A stretch of DNA of 64,000 nt from Promethearchaeia archaeon (GCA_029856145.1 JAHQWK010000003.1:1-64000); one strand, 5' to 3'. Shown: positions 39,884-50,769, counted from the stretch's first letter. Made by a program: numbers and translations. The notes: generated by a model from the letters alone, not told the origin.

Positions 39884-40462
39884 ATGAAAGAAAAAGAAGA
39901 GAAAGAAGGAAAAGAAGTTCCAGTTTTTATTGAAGGAGAGACTATATATTTCATACCCCATAATTCTGAATATATCAATTTATATGTAAAATGGTTTAAT
40001 GATCCAAAAGTTCGTAAATATGCTCGAGAGATTGTACCTATTAGAGTTGATGATGCCAAGAAATGGTTTGAAGAAAGCGAGAGGGGAACGCCTAATTATA
40101 TAGGTTTTGTAATATGGCATAAGAAAGATATGAAACCAATTGGCGTAATAGGATTAGGTTTAATAGATTGGGTTAATGGTTGGGCAAATGTTGGTCTTTC
40201 AATCGGGGAGCCCGCCTATTGGAATAAAAATATTGCTACCGAAGCTACAGAATTGCTAATTGAATATGCCTTCAATGAATTAAATCTTAATAAATTACAA
40301 GGATGTGCTGCTGTAGAAAATGTTGGCTCCTGGAGTGTTGCTAAAAAACTTGGCTTCAAATTTGAAGGAATAGGAAAACAAGAGATGTATGTTGATGGAA
40401 AATACTTGGATGAAAAAAGATATTGTTTGCTAAGGGAAGATTGGCTAAATTCAAAAAAATAG
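39884..40462 (+). CDS. RimJ/RimL-type GNAT (copy 5)
   Basis: YWNKNIATEA, NVGSWSVAKKLGF. Confidence 0.9.
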   Translation: MKEKEEKEGKEVPVFIEGETIYFIPHNSEYINLYVKWFNDPKVRKYAREIVPIRVDDAKKWFEESERGTPNYIGFVIWHKKDMKPIGVIGLGLIDWVNGWANVGLSIGEPAYWNKNIATEATELLIEYAFNELNLNKLQGCAAVENVGSWSVAKKLGFKFEGIGKQEMYVDGKYLDEKRYCLLREDWLNSKK

Positions 40463-40510
40463 ATTATTTAAAATAATATTCGAAAAAATATTTAGAAATT
40501 GATAATAAAT

Positions 40511-41077
40511 ATGGAAGAGAAAGAAGAGAAAGAAGTTCCGGTCTTTATTGAAGGAAAAACTATAAGTCTAGTGCCCCAAAATTCAGAGCATATTAATTTA
40601 TATGTAAAATGGCTGAATGACCCAAAAGTGCGTATATATTCTCGAAATGAAACACCAAAACGAGTTGAAGACTTAAAAGATTGGTTTGAACCACATGACA
40701 GGGGAACCCCCGGTTTTATAGGTTTTGAGCTTTGGCATAAAGAAGATAAAAAAGCTATTGGACTTGCTGGTTTAGGATGGATAGATTGGATTAATGGGTG
40801 GACAAATGTAGGTGTTACAATAGGAGAACCAGACTATTGGAATAAGAATATAGCTACTGAAGTAACTGAATTAATTATTGAATATGCTTTCAATGAATTA
40901 AACCTAAATAAATTACATGGCGGGGTTTGTGTTAAAAATATTGGATCATGGAGTGTTGCAGAAAAAATAGGTTTTAAACTAGAAGGAATAAGAGAAAATG
41001 AGTGGTATGTTGATGGAGAATATCTTGGAGTTAAAACTTATTGTTTATTAAAAGAAGATTGGATGGATAGAAGGTAA
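40511..41077 (+). CDS. RimJ/RimL-type GNAT (copy 6)
   Basis: YWNKNIATEV, NIGSWSVAEKIGF; ATG 40511 (MEEKEE) preferred. Confidence 0.9.
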   Translation: MEEKEEKEVPVFIEGKTISLVPQNSEHINLYVKWLNDPKVRIYSRNETPKRVEDLKDWFEPHDRGTPGFIGFELWHKEDKKAIGLAGLGWIDWINGWTNVGVTIGEPDYWNKNIATEVTELIIEYAFNELNLNKLHGGVCVKNIGSWSVAEKIGFKLEGIRENEWYVDGEYLGVKTYCLLKEDWMDRR

Positions 41078-41099
41078 GTAAAATAGAGTTATTTATCGT

Positions 41100-42623
41100 C
41101 TATACATTTTGTACTAGATCTAATTCTGGTAATAAGACTATAAAATTACTTCCTTGAGTAAAATCTCCTTTTACCTTATCCTCGACCCAGATTTTACCGT
41201 TAAAAGTTTTAAGAATTTTTTTAACTAGAGAGAGTCCCAGGCCCATTCCCTTAGCACCTTTTAATTCTCTATTACCACGCTTGAAAATAATTTGTTTTCT
41301 CTCATCTGGTACTCCAATACCGTTATCAATAAATTCAATTTTATTGTAGTTTTTACCACCTATTTGAGTTTTAGAAACGTTTATCATAATCTCTACGTTA
41401 GAATTTTCATTATACTTTACAGCATTAAGTAAAATGTTTTCAAAAACATCCTGTAGAAGCTCATTAGCATTGATAATTACATGATCTTCAGCACATTCAC
41501 TGTTTATATTAATAATTCTGCCGTTATGTGATTTTTTAACAAAATCGATGGCATTTTCCATTAATTTGCAAATTTCAGTAGGTAGGGCATGCATTTCCTC
41601 CTCCTCAAGTTTAGAAAGTGTATGGACATTTGAAACTAATTTAGCAAATCTCTCAACTTGCTTATTAATAATGTTTCCAATATCTTCTATGACTTTAGAT
41701 TTTTCAGAATCCCCCAGATGATAAGAAATAAGTTCTGCTGAAGAACTAATTATATGAAGAATATTGTTTATATCATGTGCAAATAAATCTCTATAGAAAT
41801 GAGCTCTATCATAGGCTTCTCGATAATCTTTTTCAGATCTCTTAAGTTTTTCATCAGCTATCTTACGTTTGGTAATATCTCTAGCAATTAATATTCCTTT
41901 TAAATCTCCTTTATCATTTAGAAACGCTTTTCCCTTTACTTCAAACCAAAGGTAATGACCATCCCTATGTTTTACTCTTATTTCGATTATCCCTTCTTTA
42001 TCTTTAATACCTTCCAATAACGAATTAAGACCCAAAACTTTATCATCAGGATGGATAAAGTCAAGAACGTTTTTTCCTAATAAATTAGCTTTAATGTTAC
42101 CTAATATATTTTTGTGGACTTCTTCGTTGATATATTCAATTTGAAATTTAGAATTTATACCAACAATTATATCATTTATATTTTCTGCGAGAAGTCGATA
42201 TTTTTCTTCCGATTCTTCTAATTTCCTTTGTAGATTGAATTTTTCTGTAATATCAATAAAAGTTCCATCAATTCTAATGGGTTTTCCATCTTCATCTCTA
42301 ATCATATGAGAGTTTAACTCAACAATTATATTTTCGCCATTTTTAGTTAAAGCATGGCAAATATAGTTTTTCGTAAAACCATAATTTAATAAATACTCTA
42401 CATATTCATCCCGATCTTCTGGATTCTGCCAGAAATGTCTTACATTTATAGATTCGAAGTTTTCTGATGGATCATATCCTAAAATAATATTATGAGCCCG
42501 ATTATGGTTTAGCATTTGACCATCTAATGATACTTGATAAAACCCTACATCAATAGTCTCAAGCAAATTACCATATATTAGTTCAGTGTCCTTTGTTTTT
42601 TCAATGGATGTCAAAAAGTTCAC
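41100..42623 (-). CDS. Cytoplasmic PAS-PAS sensor histidine kinase
   Basis: H-box HDINN, N-box NAVKY, DNGIG, GMGLGL. Confidence 0.93.
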   Translation of the reverse strand: MNFLTSIEKTKDTELIYGNLLETIDVGFYQVSLDGQMLNHNRAHNIILGYDPSENFESINVRHFWQNPEDRDEYVEYLLNYGFTKNYICHALTKNGENIIVELNSHMIRDEDGKPIRIDGTFIDITEKFNLQRKLEESEEKYRLLAENINDIIVGINSKFQIEYINEEVHKNILGNIKANLLGKNVLDFIHPDDKVLGLNSLLEGIKDKEGIIEIRVKHRDGHYLWFEVKGKAFLNDKGDLKGILIARDITKRKIADEKLKRSEKDYREAYDRAHFYRDLFAHDINNILHIISSSAELISYHLGDSEKSKVIEDIGNIINKQVERFAKLVSNVHTLSKLEEEEMHALPTEICKLMENAIDFVKKSHNGRIININSECAEDHVIINANELLQDVFENILLNAVKYNENSNVEIMINVSKTQIGGKNYNKIEFIDNGIGVPDERKQIIFKRGNRELKGAKGMGLGLSLVKKILKTFNGKIWVEDKVKGDFTQGSNFIVLLPELDLVQNV

Positions 42624-42811
42624 CCTCTCTTTAAAAAATATTTCATTTTTCTTCCGTATGGAAGTTTTCTTTAATCTCCAAAATATATAATCTAATAAAT
42701 ATACAAATTTTAATGTATAAGATATCTGTATAAATAATTATTTAAAAAAAGTCCTAAAAATTATAATTGAACGTTCTTTCCTCAAAAACAAATGAAATTA
42801 ATTGAATAAAT

Positions 42812-45697
42812 TTAGTTTATTAAAGGTAATAATATATTGAAATTGCTTCCTTTAGTATAGTCTCCCTTTACTCTATCCTCAACCCGAATTTTCCCATTAA
42901 ATATGGTTAAAATCTTACTAACTAACGAAAGACCTAGTCCCATTCCTTTAGAACCCTTTAGTTCTCTGTAGCCTCGTTTAAATATTAGTTCTTTTCTACT
43001 ATCTGCAACACCTATTCCATTATCAATAAATTCAATTTTGATATAATTATTCATATCTATTTTTTGTTTAGAAATCTTAATAGAGATTTCCACCTCTAGA
43101 TTCTCATTATATTTTACAGCATTAATTAAAATATTTTCAAAAACGTCCTCAAGAAGTTCATTCGCATTAGTAAGGATTGCTCCCTTAATTTTATCAATTG
43201 AAATAGTTATTTGCCTTTCACTGTACGCCTTTTTAATAAAATTTATAGAATTTTCTAAAAATGCACTAACCTCAGTCTGTTTTGTGGTTACCTCTCCTTC
43301 TTCAATCTCCGAAAGAGTTCTCACATTAGAAATTAATTTTGAACCCCTTTCTATTTGAGTCTGTATCATATTTGACATATTACCTATATATTTAGACTTT
43401 TCAGAGTCTACAAGCTGAAAAGAAATAAGTTCTGCTGAAGAATTTATTATTTGAAGAATATTATTCATATCATGAGTAAAGAGATCTTTGTAAAAGTTTG
43501 CGTTATCAAAAGCTTCTCGATATTTAGTTTCTGATTTTTTTAATTTTTCTTCTGCTGCTTTTCGTTCGGTCATATCTCTTCCAACTGAGACAATTAATAA
43601 TTTACCATCAGAGCTCTTAAATGTTGTACCCCTATACTCATATGGGACTCTCCTACCATCCTTAGTAATAAGAGACATTTCAACAGTAGTTTCTCCTTCC
43701 TTTAGTACTTGCTTTGAAGCTTCTGAAGCACGTTTTAAATCCTCCACACTATAATATGAATCAGGGACTTTCATTGAAGAAATTTCTTCATTAGAATAAC
43801 CAGTTACAATATTAAAAACATTATTCCATCTTACGGCCCGACCAGTTTCTGGTTCAAAAACGAAAATAGTGTCAACTGAAGAATTAAGTATATCCTCGGT
43901 AAATTTTTTTTCTACTTTGAGGGCTAACTCTGAGTTCTTTTTTTCCGTAATATCTTGTCCATAAATATTAGCATACCCTTCTTGTTGTACTGATGCTATA
44001 TTAAATAAATATATTTTATCCTCAATATTAACTTCAGAAATTTTCGTTGTATTATCATCGAGTGCTTTAATTATTTTCTCTTCTAATAGATATGGGATAT
44101 TACTCCCTTCAGTCATATCAAACAAATCTCTACCTGCTAGATTAATATACAGTATCTTCTCTTTATTCACCCTTAATACTGGATTTGGATTTTCTGAAGG
44201 AAACTTCGCTAAGTCAGAAATTTCTTTTTCTATCCTTTTTCTTTCCGTAATATCTCGAATAAAACAAGAAACTCTATTTTTAGAAAGATAAAAATATCTA
44301 GCTTCATAAAAATGGATCTTATCTTGTATACGTAATTCATATTCCAAGCTCTGAGGTTGCTTCGTAATAATAGTTTTCTCAACTAAACTCTTTGTCTGTT
44401 CCCCGATATAAGGTGGTAAGAGGTCTACAACTTTTTTCCCCATAAATTTTTCGGGGTTAACATATAATTCATGCTTTTTCCCTCGATAATCTAATATTGT
44501 AGTGTCTTCAGACAGTAAAAAATATAAATCTGGAATAGCCTCAAAGATAGTTCTAAAATTCGATTCGGAATCTTTTAGTTTTTGTTCTGATTCTATTCTT
44601 TTAGTTATATCTATTATTACTTCTGCAACTTTTTCTATTATTCCAGTTGGGTTTGGCAATGGAACAGCTAATACTTCGTAAGTATGATTATTGGGAGCAT
44701 TAATAATTGCCCTTTCAAATTTTCTGTTTTGAATGGCTTTCATCATCTGGCAGTCATCGCAGCAGTCTTCTCTTCCTAAATAAAAGTCAAAACATTGTCT
44801 ATTTTGGTGTTCACCAAATTGATCTTTTAAAAATTGATTTTGATAAATTATATTATAATTAGAATCAAGAACGTCAATTCCTATTCCTGTCTGGGACAAT
44901 CCTTCAGTTAGAGAACGATACAATTGTTCAGATTCTCGTAAAGATTCTTCAGATTTTCTCCACTCGGTCACATTTCGATTAATTGCTACAGCTCCTTTAG
45001 GATTTCCCTTAATATCTTTAATCAACGAAACTGATGCTAAGATATTAATAGGTGTACCATCTTTATGGTTTTGGATGACTTCTCCTTTCCAAAAACCTTC
45101 TTCAAAGAATTGCTTTAGAACAACTTCTTGATCATCATAAGGGTATTCTACAGGAATTATATCATTTAAGCTTTTTCCGATTGTTTTTTCTGCTTTCCAT
45201 CCATATATAAGTTCTGCGGCTTTATTCCATGTTATAATTTTAAAGTCTAAGTCAGTAGAGATTATTGCATCTGAAACATCTTCAACAAGTTTAGCTTGAT
45301 ATTGAACATTTTCCTCCGCACTCTTACGTTCTGTGATATCTTCTGTATGAACTAAGACCAAATCTGGAGGTATAAAACTATATTTTACTAGAAGATATTT
45401 TTCTTGTTGTAAAACGTTAAAATAATATTTAATTTCCCGATCTATATTAATCTTTTCATCAAAACACCTGTTCAAATCATCTATAATATCCAGTCTATCT
45501 CTATACATCTTGGAGGCTTTAAATCCTAAATAGTTTTTAATAGTTCCTCGAGTAATTTTATCAGCAGCATTATTATAATCAACTAAGTTAAACGAATCTC
45601 CTATTTTTTGCCAAGCATAGGTAGGAACTGGACTTCCTTTAAATAATGCTTTAAATCTTTCTTCAGATTCTTTAAGTTTCTTTTCTGCTAATGTCAT
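42812..45697 (-). CDS. Multi-PAS sensor histidine kinase
   Basis: Repeated PAS/PAC ends (DITERK); HDMNN, NAVKY, DNGIG, GMGLGL. Confidence 0.93.
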   Translation of the reverse strand: MTLAEKKLKESEERFKALFKGSPVPTYAWQKIGDSFNLVDYNNAADKITRGTIKNYLGFKASKMYRDRLDIIDDLNRCFDEKINIDREIKYYFNVLQQEKYLLVKYSFIPPDLVLVHTEDITERKSAEENVQYQAKLVEDVSDAIISTDLDFKIITWNKAAELIYGWKAEKTIGKSLNDIIPVEYPYDDQEVVLKQFFEEGFWKGEVIQNHKDGTPINILASVSLIKDIKGNPKGAVAINRNVTEWRKSEESLRESEQLYRSLTEGLSQTGIGIDVLDSNYNIIYQNQFLKDQFGEHQNRQCFDFYLGREDCCDDCQMMKAIQNRKFERAIINAPNNHTYEVLAVPLPNPTGIIEKVAEVIIDITKRIESEQKLKDSESNFRTIFEAIPDLYFLLSEDTTILDYRGKKHELYVNPEKFMGKKVVDLLPPYIGEQTKSLVEKTIITKQPQSLEYELRIQDKIHFYEARYFYLSKNRVSCFIRDITERKRIEKEISDLAKFPSENPNPVLRVNKEKILYINLAGRDLFDMTEGSNIPYLLEEKIIKALDDNTTKISEVNIEDKIYLFNIASVQQEGYANIYGQDITEKKNSELALKVEKKFTEDILNSSVDTIFVFEPETGRAVRWNNVFNIVTGYSNEEISSMKVPDSYYSVEDLKRASEASKQVLKEGETTVEMSLITKDGRRVPYEYRGTTFKSSDGKLLIVSVGRDMTERKAAEEKLKKSETKYREAFDNANFYKDLFTHDMNNILQIINSSAELISFQLVDSEKSKYIGNMSNMIQTQIERGSKLISNVRTLSEIEEGEVTTKQTEVSAFLENSINFIKKAYSERQITISIDKIKGAILTNANELLEDVFENILINAVKYNENLEVEISIKISKQKIDMNNYIKIEFIDNGIGVADSRKELIFKRGYRELKGSKGMGLGLSLVSKILTIFNGKIRVEDRVKGDYTKGSNFNILLPLIN

Positions 45698-46007
45698 GAT
45701 TAAAGATTCCCTTTAAATTCTAATATTTCAAAAATATTCAAAAAAATAGTTAAGTTATTTGTTAATATCAAAAGTATAATTTTAGGTTTCATCTAATATT
45801 CTATGAAATAAGCCTTAATTTCGTGTTGTTAGAACGAATAAATAATACTACTCCGTATTTATAAACTAATTGCAATTGAAAGAATATATAATCCAGTTGC
45901 CTCTTGATTTTTAAATTGATGAACTTATGAAAACCATAACTTCGACTTAGGCAAATTTATATTTTATAAAAAAAAGAAAAAAAAAGAAAATTAGTATTTA
46001 AGACGGT

Positions 46008-46253
46008 TTAACCACCACCTATGGGAGGAAAAATTGAGATTAAATCTCCATTTTTAAGAATTGTCTCAAGATTTTTGTGTGGTCTTCCATTAATTAAAAT
46101 TATTGCTCTTCTCTCATCCTTTGGAATATTATATTTATCAAAGAGCAACTTTACTTTACTATGTTCGGGAATCGTTAAAACTTCTTTAGTTGGCCCATAT
46201 TGTCTGAGTGTCGCAAAAAATTTTACAGTTACTGAAATCGTTGTTCTATTCAT
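46008..46253 (-). CDS. MoaD/ThiS/SAMP ubiquitin-like sulfur carrier
   Basis: VKFFATLR, ILING, FPPIGGG C-terminus. Confidence 0.9.
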   Translation of the reverse strand: MNRTTISVTVKFFATLRQYGPTKEVLTIPEHSKVKLLFDKYNIPKDERRAIILINGRPHKNLETILKNGDLISIFPPIGGG

Positions 46254-46530
46254 CCTCTTCTCGCTTAAAATACCACTTATAAAGCAGACTCATATTTCGG
46301 GGAAATAATGAAACAGTATCTCCACTTTTAACCTTTTTTTTAAGTCCTGCATACCTCCCATTTACGAAAATATGGCTAACCTCATCATCTTCAATAGAAA
46401 ATTTTCTAAGAATATCTACTATCCATATTATTCCTGAATCATCAATCTTTAATCGTAATGGTAAGGTACCCGATACTTTTGGATCTGCTTTTTTTCTTAA
46501 ATCTCCGAATATTTTTAAATCAATTGTCAT
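46246..46530 (-). CDS. MoaD/ThiS-like protein lacking the C-terminal GG
   Basis: LKIFGDLR, IFVNG, GDTVSLFP followed by RNMSLLYKWYFKREEDE. Confidence 0.75.
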   Translation of the reverse strand: MTIDLKIFGDLRKKADPKVSGTLPLRLKIDDSGIIWIVDILRKFSIEDDEVSHIFVNGRYAGLKKKVKSGDTVSLFPRNMSLLYKWYFKREEDE

Positions 46531-46549
46531 CTTTCACTTATCTTTCTAA

Positions 46550-48280
46550 TTAAAATACACTATCTAAATCATCATCTGGAACATCGAACACCGTATTATG
46601 TGGAGGAAGTTTCTCTTCAATAAAAAATTCTGGAAGTCTATCATGTATTGGTGTAAATCCTGCTCTTTTATTGAACTCAAGTTCAATGTCAATAATTGAT
46701 TTCCCGATTGGTGCTACATCAGCAACAGTTAGGTTTGCTCCTAACACACCATTTAATGATTCAACAACGCCTTCTAATCCTTCTGGAATATCAAGTATCG
46801 CAAAAGCAATGAAAAGACAATATCCTGTTGCGTCAACAGCGGCGGTAGCTATTTGTAGATTACGAGAAACTTCTGCTTTTTTAGGATCAAGTGGATCTAA
46901 CTTTCCGCTAACACCTAATATTTCTGGAGCAATTGCATACCCTGCTGTATGATCAGCACCCATAGGTGTAGTTGCATAGGTAACTCCAATCCCTTTTATT
47001 GCTCGTGGATCATAAGCGGGCAATCCTTGACCTTTTACTGTAGGAATCCTTGTCACTCCAAAGACTTTACCTGTAATTTCTGTTCCGTTAGCAAGTATTT
47101 TTCCTGTTGGTGTTTTATTTCGAATTTCATCCATAAGCTTTAAAGCTCCTTTTCCATCTCCGAATTTAATTAATCCTCCTTCCATTGCTACGGCGAGTGT
47201 ATCTCCTGCTTCAATTGTATCTAATCCTAAATCATTGCAAGCTCTGTTTAACTCACCAATGTCATCCAAATTATAGATTGAACAATTGGGTCCAAGGGCC
47301 CATACACTTTCATATTCGAGAACTCCAACAGGATCTTTTCCACCGGGTTTGCACCATACTTCAGAACATTGTATGATACAACCGGGATTACAAAAGTGGG
47401 GTCTAACACCTCCCCGTTTCTTGATTTCTTCTGCCTTTGCTTCACCAGAAACTTGTTCAGCTCGTTCATCTTGACCACTAGAGAAATTTCTCTGAGGTAA
47501 ACCTCCTGCTTCATTAATAATATTTACTAAAACGGCCGTACCATAGGAATTGAGCGCACCTCCTGGTTTTGTAACATCATGAGATGTAAGTGCATCAATT
47601 AATTTTTTGATACCTGCTTTGAAAACATCCTGATTCGCAATTTCTACTCCTGGGGCGCCTGTTTCATCAATAATGATGAATTTCAAACCTTTAGATGCCA
47701 TAACGGCTCCCATACCACCTCGTCCTGCATATCTACTGGGTAATCCCTCAGGATCGCTAAAACACACACCTGAATTACTTCCAAGAAGCTCAGCAGCTAT
47801 TCCAATCCCACATATCCCGACTTTATCACCATATTCTTTAAAAAGATCCTTATATGCATCATATAATCCTTTTCCAACCCATTTATTAGCATTTATGAAT
47901 TCTGTACCATCCATAGTAATTTTTAAAAGATAGTAATCATCTCCAGCATGTTTACCTTCTACAATTATTGCTCCAATACGCATTTTCGCTAACATCTGGG
48001 CGAATGGAGTGCCAGCATTAGCTTCTTTAATACCTCCTGTTAAAGGAGACTTTCCACCTACAGAAAGTCTTCCACTTGAGGGGGCTTTAGTACCAGTGAC
48101 AATTCCCGGAGCAAGCACCAATTTATTATGAAGTCCTAATGGATTACAAGTTGGAGGAACCTCTTTTGCAACAATAGTCGATGTCATACCTCGTCCACCT
48201 AATGCTGCGTAATCTCCCGGTAAATCTTCAAATTTAGCCTCTAGGTTATTCATATTAACTCTTAATATTCTTTTTGGCAA
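46550..48280 (-). CDS. aor: Tungsten-dependent aldehyde:ferredoxin oxidoreductase
   Basis: KSPLTGGIKEANAG, AGRGGMGAVM, CNPGCIIQC, EYES, GLDTIE; TTG start (LPKRIL) after GAGGTG SD. Confidence 0.93.
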   Translation of the reverse strand: MPKRILRVNMNNLEAKFEDLPGDYAALGGRGMTSTIVAKEVPPTCNPLGLHNKLVLAPGIVTGTKAPSSGRLSVGGKSPLTGGIKEANAGTPFAQMLAKMRIGAIIVEGKHAGDDYYLLKITMDGTEFINANKWVGKGLYDAYKDLFKEYGDKVGICGIGIAAELLGSNSGVCFSDPEGLPSRYAGRGGMGAVMASKGLKFIIIDETGAPGVEIANQDVFKAGIKKLIDALTSHDVTKPGGALNSYGTAVLVNIINEAGGLPQRNFSSGQDERAEQVSGEAKAEEIKKRGGVRPHFCNPGCIIQCSEVWCKPGGKDPVGVLEYESVWALGPNCSIYNLDDIGELNRACNDLGLDTIEAGDTLAVAMEGGLIKFGDGKGALKLMDEIRNKTPTGKILANGTEITGKVFGVTRIPTVKGQGLPAYDPRAIKGIGVTYATTPMGADHTAGYAIAPEILGVSGKLDPLDPKKAEVSRNLQIATAAVDATGYCLFIAFAILDIPEGLEGVVESLNGVLGANLTVADVAPIGKSIIDIELEFNKRAGFTPIHDRLPEFFIEEKLPPHNTVFDVPDDDLDSVF

Positions 48281-48475
48281 ATTTTTCACCTCTAATTTTT
48301 TAGGCGAGTTATAATAGTGTTTCAATTTTATTTAAACGGTTCGTTATGTACTGACTGAAATAACGAAATATTAGACTTCTTATCGGGTTTAACAATTTAG
48401 TCTAATTTCTAAAGCAATAAAATTTTAGAGAATAAGGATTTAATACGAATCTAATTTTATATCTTTTTGAGACAT

Positions 48476-48754
48476 ATGGCTTACTCAAATAATAAAGTTA
48501 ATGAGTTTTTATCTTTTAAGATTATTCAGGGTGGGGAAACAATTAAAGTTAAATTATCTACAGTTAATTTGAGAAAAAAATTTGATGAGATATATGGTTC
48601 ATTATTAAAGGAATTGAAATTAAAACAAAAAGATACATATCTAAGCAACGAAGAGGGAATGATGATAGGAGATCTTGATTTAAACTTATATTTAGAAGAT
48701 ATTATCAAAAAATTCGGTACTAAGTTAAAATTATATTATGAAAAAGTATTCTAA
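48476..48754 (+). CDS. Small hypothetical protein, possibly beta-grasp fold
   Basis: 92-aa ORF with a beta-beta-alpha-beta-like pattern. Confidence 0.6.
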   Translation: MAYSNNKVNEFLSFKIIQGGETIKVKLSTVNLRKKFDEIYGSLLKELKLKQKDTYLSNEEGMMIGDLDLNLYLEDIIKKFGTKLKLYYEKVF

Positions 48755-48775
48755 ATAGCTTAGTTCTAAGTTCTT

Positions 48776-50722
48776 TTATTTAAAAACAGGTATAATAAGA
48801 TGACTTGGAAACTCTTTTGAGTGATAAATTTTTTGCTTAGCAACAACATAGTCTCCTGGCTTACCCTCTCCTCCTAAATTTGAGTTAATATCAAATCTTG
48901 GAAAATTACTTGATGTTAATTCTATTCTTAATTGATGGCCTTTCCTATAATAATTTGAGGTGTTTCCTAATTCTATCTCATACTGATATATTTTACCTGG
49001 TTCTATAAGAGAAGGGTTATTATCACCATTTCTGAACCTTGCTCTAATTCCAGCATCCAAGATATTAATCGCTTTTCCTCGAGGATACACATCTACTAAT
49101 TTGACCATAAAATCTGTGTCTATTGCTGATGAGGTAGCATATATTACCATCTTCACTGGACCAGTTATCTCTATTCCTTTCTCTAACGGCTTAGTTGAGT
49201 ATACTAATACATCATTTCTTTTTTCAGCATCTTTCTGATTATGAGCTCCTTTCATGATACCTAAATTTCTCCCTCCTATTGTAATAACAGGATTCATTGG
49301 ATCAAAAATATACATGTCTTCTACCTCATTACTAGGTTCTTCAAGATTTAATATACCATCTCCCTTAATACTATTTGCGCTTCCTCCTGAATGGATGTAT
49401 AATCTCCTATATTCTATATTTTCTGGGGGCCAGTCCTCGGTATATCTCCAAGTATTCTTTCCCATAATCCAGTACTTAATAGAAGGTTTATTAATATCTG
49501 GAAATACATGTTTTTCATCCTTTAACCAGTAACGATTCCAATTGAGATTTATAAATTCTTTGTAAAAACGTGGTAACCCCGCATTCCATATCTTACTTTC
49601 AGGATGACCTATAGCAGCATGAGCCCACGATCCAATAAGCAACTTTGAATACTTTTTTGCATCTCCAGTAGCATTCTCTTTAATTTCTAAAAAATCTTGT
49701 AATTGTTGCTCAAAAAACATGTCCTGCCAACCAGCTAACATAAAAGCAGGTTGCAAGAACTTTTCAGAATCCATTTCTAAAAACCCAGACATTTTATACG
49801 AATCTTTATCCAAATCTCGCGTTATCAGGAAATCATTTAAAAATTTAAAATAAATTTTGAGATTTCGCTTAGAGGAGTCAAAATTCTTAACATTATAAAA
49901 CGCAACTAATAAATCCTGGACTTCTTTAATGGTTTTATCTTTTAATTGGGATAATTTAATCCCACTTTTCTTTTTAATCGGATCGTTATATAAAGCATAT
50001 TTAGGATTCAAATATCGTTCCTGCATTAAAACTGTTAACGTATTCACTGGAGGAATTTCACGATGCGATGCAATATTGACCATTATCCTATAAATCGAAG
50101 TTGTAAGAGCATGTATTTGTAGACCTCCATTATTAATCCACAAATTCAATGTTGATGTAACAGCGGGGGAAATGCAAGTTAAATACTTGTTATCCCAAGA
50201 TAGAGCAAGCTGAGTTATACCAAAATAACTTGCTCCTGCCATTCCAATTTTACCATTATACCAATATTGTTTGGAAATCCATTCTAATGTTTCCAATCCA
50301 TCCTTTCTTTCTGTGAATAAATAATAATTAAAACCCGTTGAATGACCAGTTCCTCTAATATCTTGAATGATTGTGACAAATCCATGGACAGCATAAGCAT
50401 ATCCTATAAAACTCCAACTATCCTTCCAATAGGGGACTCTTATTAAGATAGTTGGACATTTACTTCTTTTATTAAAAACTCTTTTTGGAACATAGACATC
50501 TGTTGTCAACTGAGTTCCATCTTTTAAAGTTATCACATATTCTGGATATCTTTTTACTCCATTCTTACCAAACCCAAATCCTAATGATTTTCCTAAAATC
50601 TTCACTAAGGGAACAATACCGTGTCGCATTATAAATTTACTTAATCTTCGTACGAACTTAGGAAATCTGGGTTTCACTATTACTTTTAAATCCGATAAGT
50701 TAGTAACATGGTTTTTTTTCAT
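48776..50722 (-). CDS. CocE/NonD family serine hydrolase
   Basis: QDIRGTGHSTG, GASYFG nucleophile, GWQD, SSNFPRFD. Confidence 0.92.
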   Translation of the reverse strand: MKKNHVTNLSDLKVIVKPRFPKFVRRLSKFIMRHGIVPLVKILGKSLGFGFGKNGVKRYPEYVITLKDGTQLTTDVYVPKRVFNKRSKCPTILIRVPYWKDSWSFIGYAYAVHGFVTIIQDIRGTGHSTGFNYYLFTERKDGLETLEWISKQYWYNGKIGMAGASYFGITQLALSWDNKYLTCISPAVTSTLNLWINNGGLQIHALTTSIYRIMVNIASHREIPPVNTLTVLMQERYLNPKYALYNDPIKKKSGIKLSQLKDKTIKEVQDLLVAFYNVKNFDSSKRNLKIYFKFLNDFLITRDLDKDSYKMSGFLEMDSEKFLQPAFMLAGWQDMFFEQQLQDFLEIKENATGDAKKYSKLLIGSWAHAAIGHPESKIWNAGLPRFYKEFINLNWNRYWLKDEKHVFPDINKPSIKYWIMGKNTWRYTEDWPPENIEYRRLYIHSGGSANSIKGDGILNLEEPSNEVEDMYIFDPMNPVITIGGRNLGIMKGAHNQKDAEKRNDVLVYSTKPLEKGIEITGPVKMVIYATSSAIDTDFMVKLVDVYPRGKAINILDAGIRARFRNGDNNPSLIEPGKIYQYEIELGNTSNYYRKGHQLRIELTSSNFPRFDINSNLGGEGKPGDYVVAKQKIYHSKEFPSHLIIPVFK

Positions 50723-50769
50723 TAATTTGAAAAAAAATTAATACCTTATAAAGTTTCAATAATTAAAAA

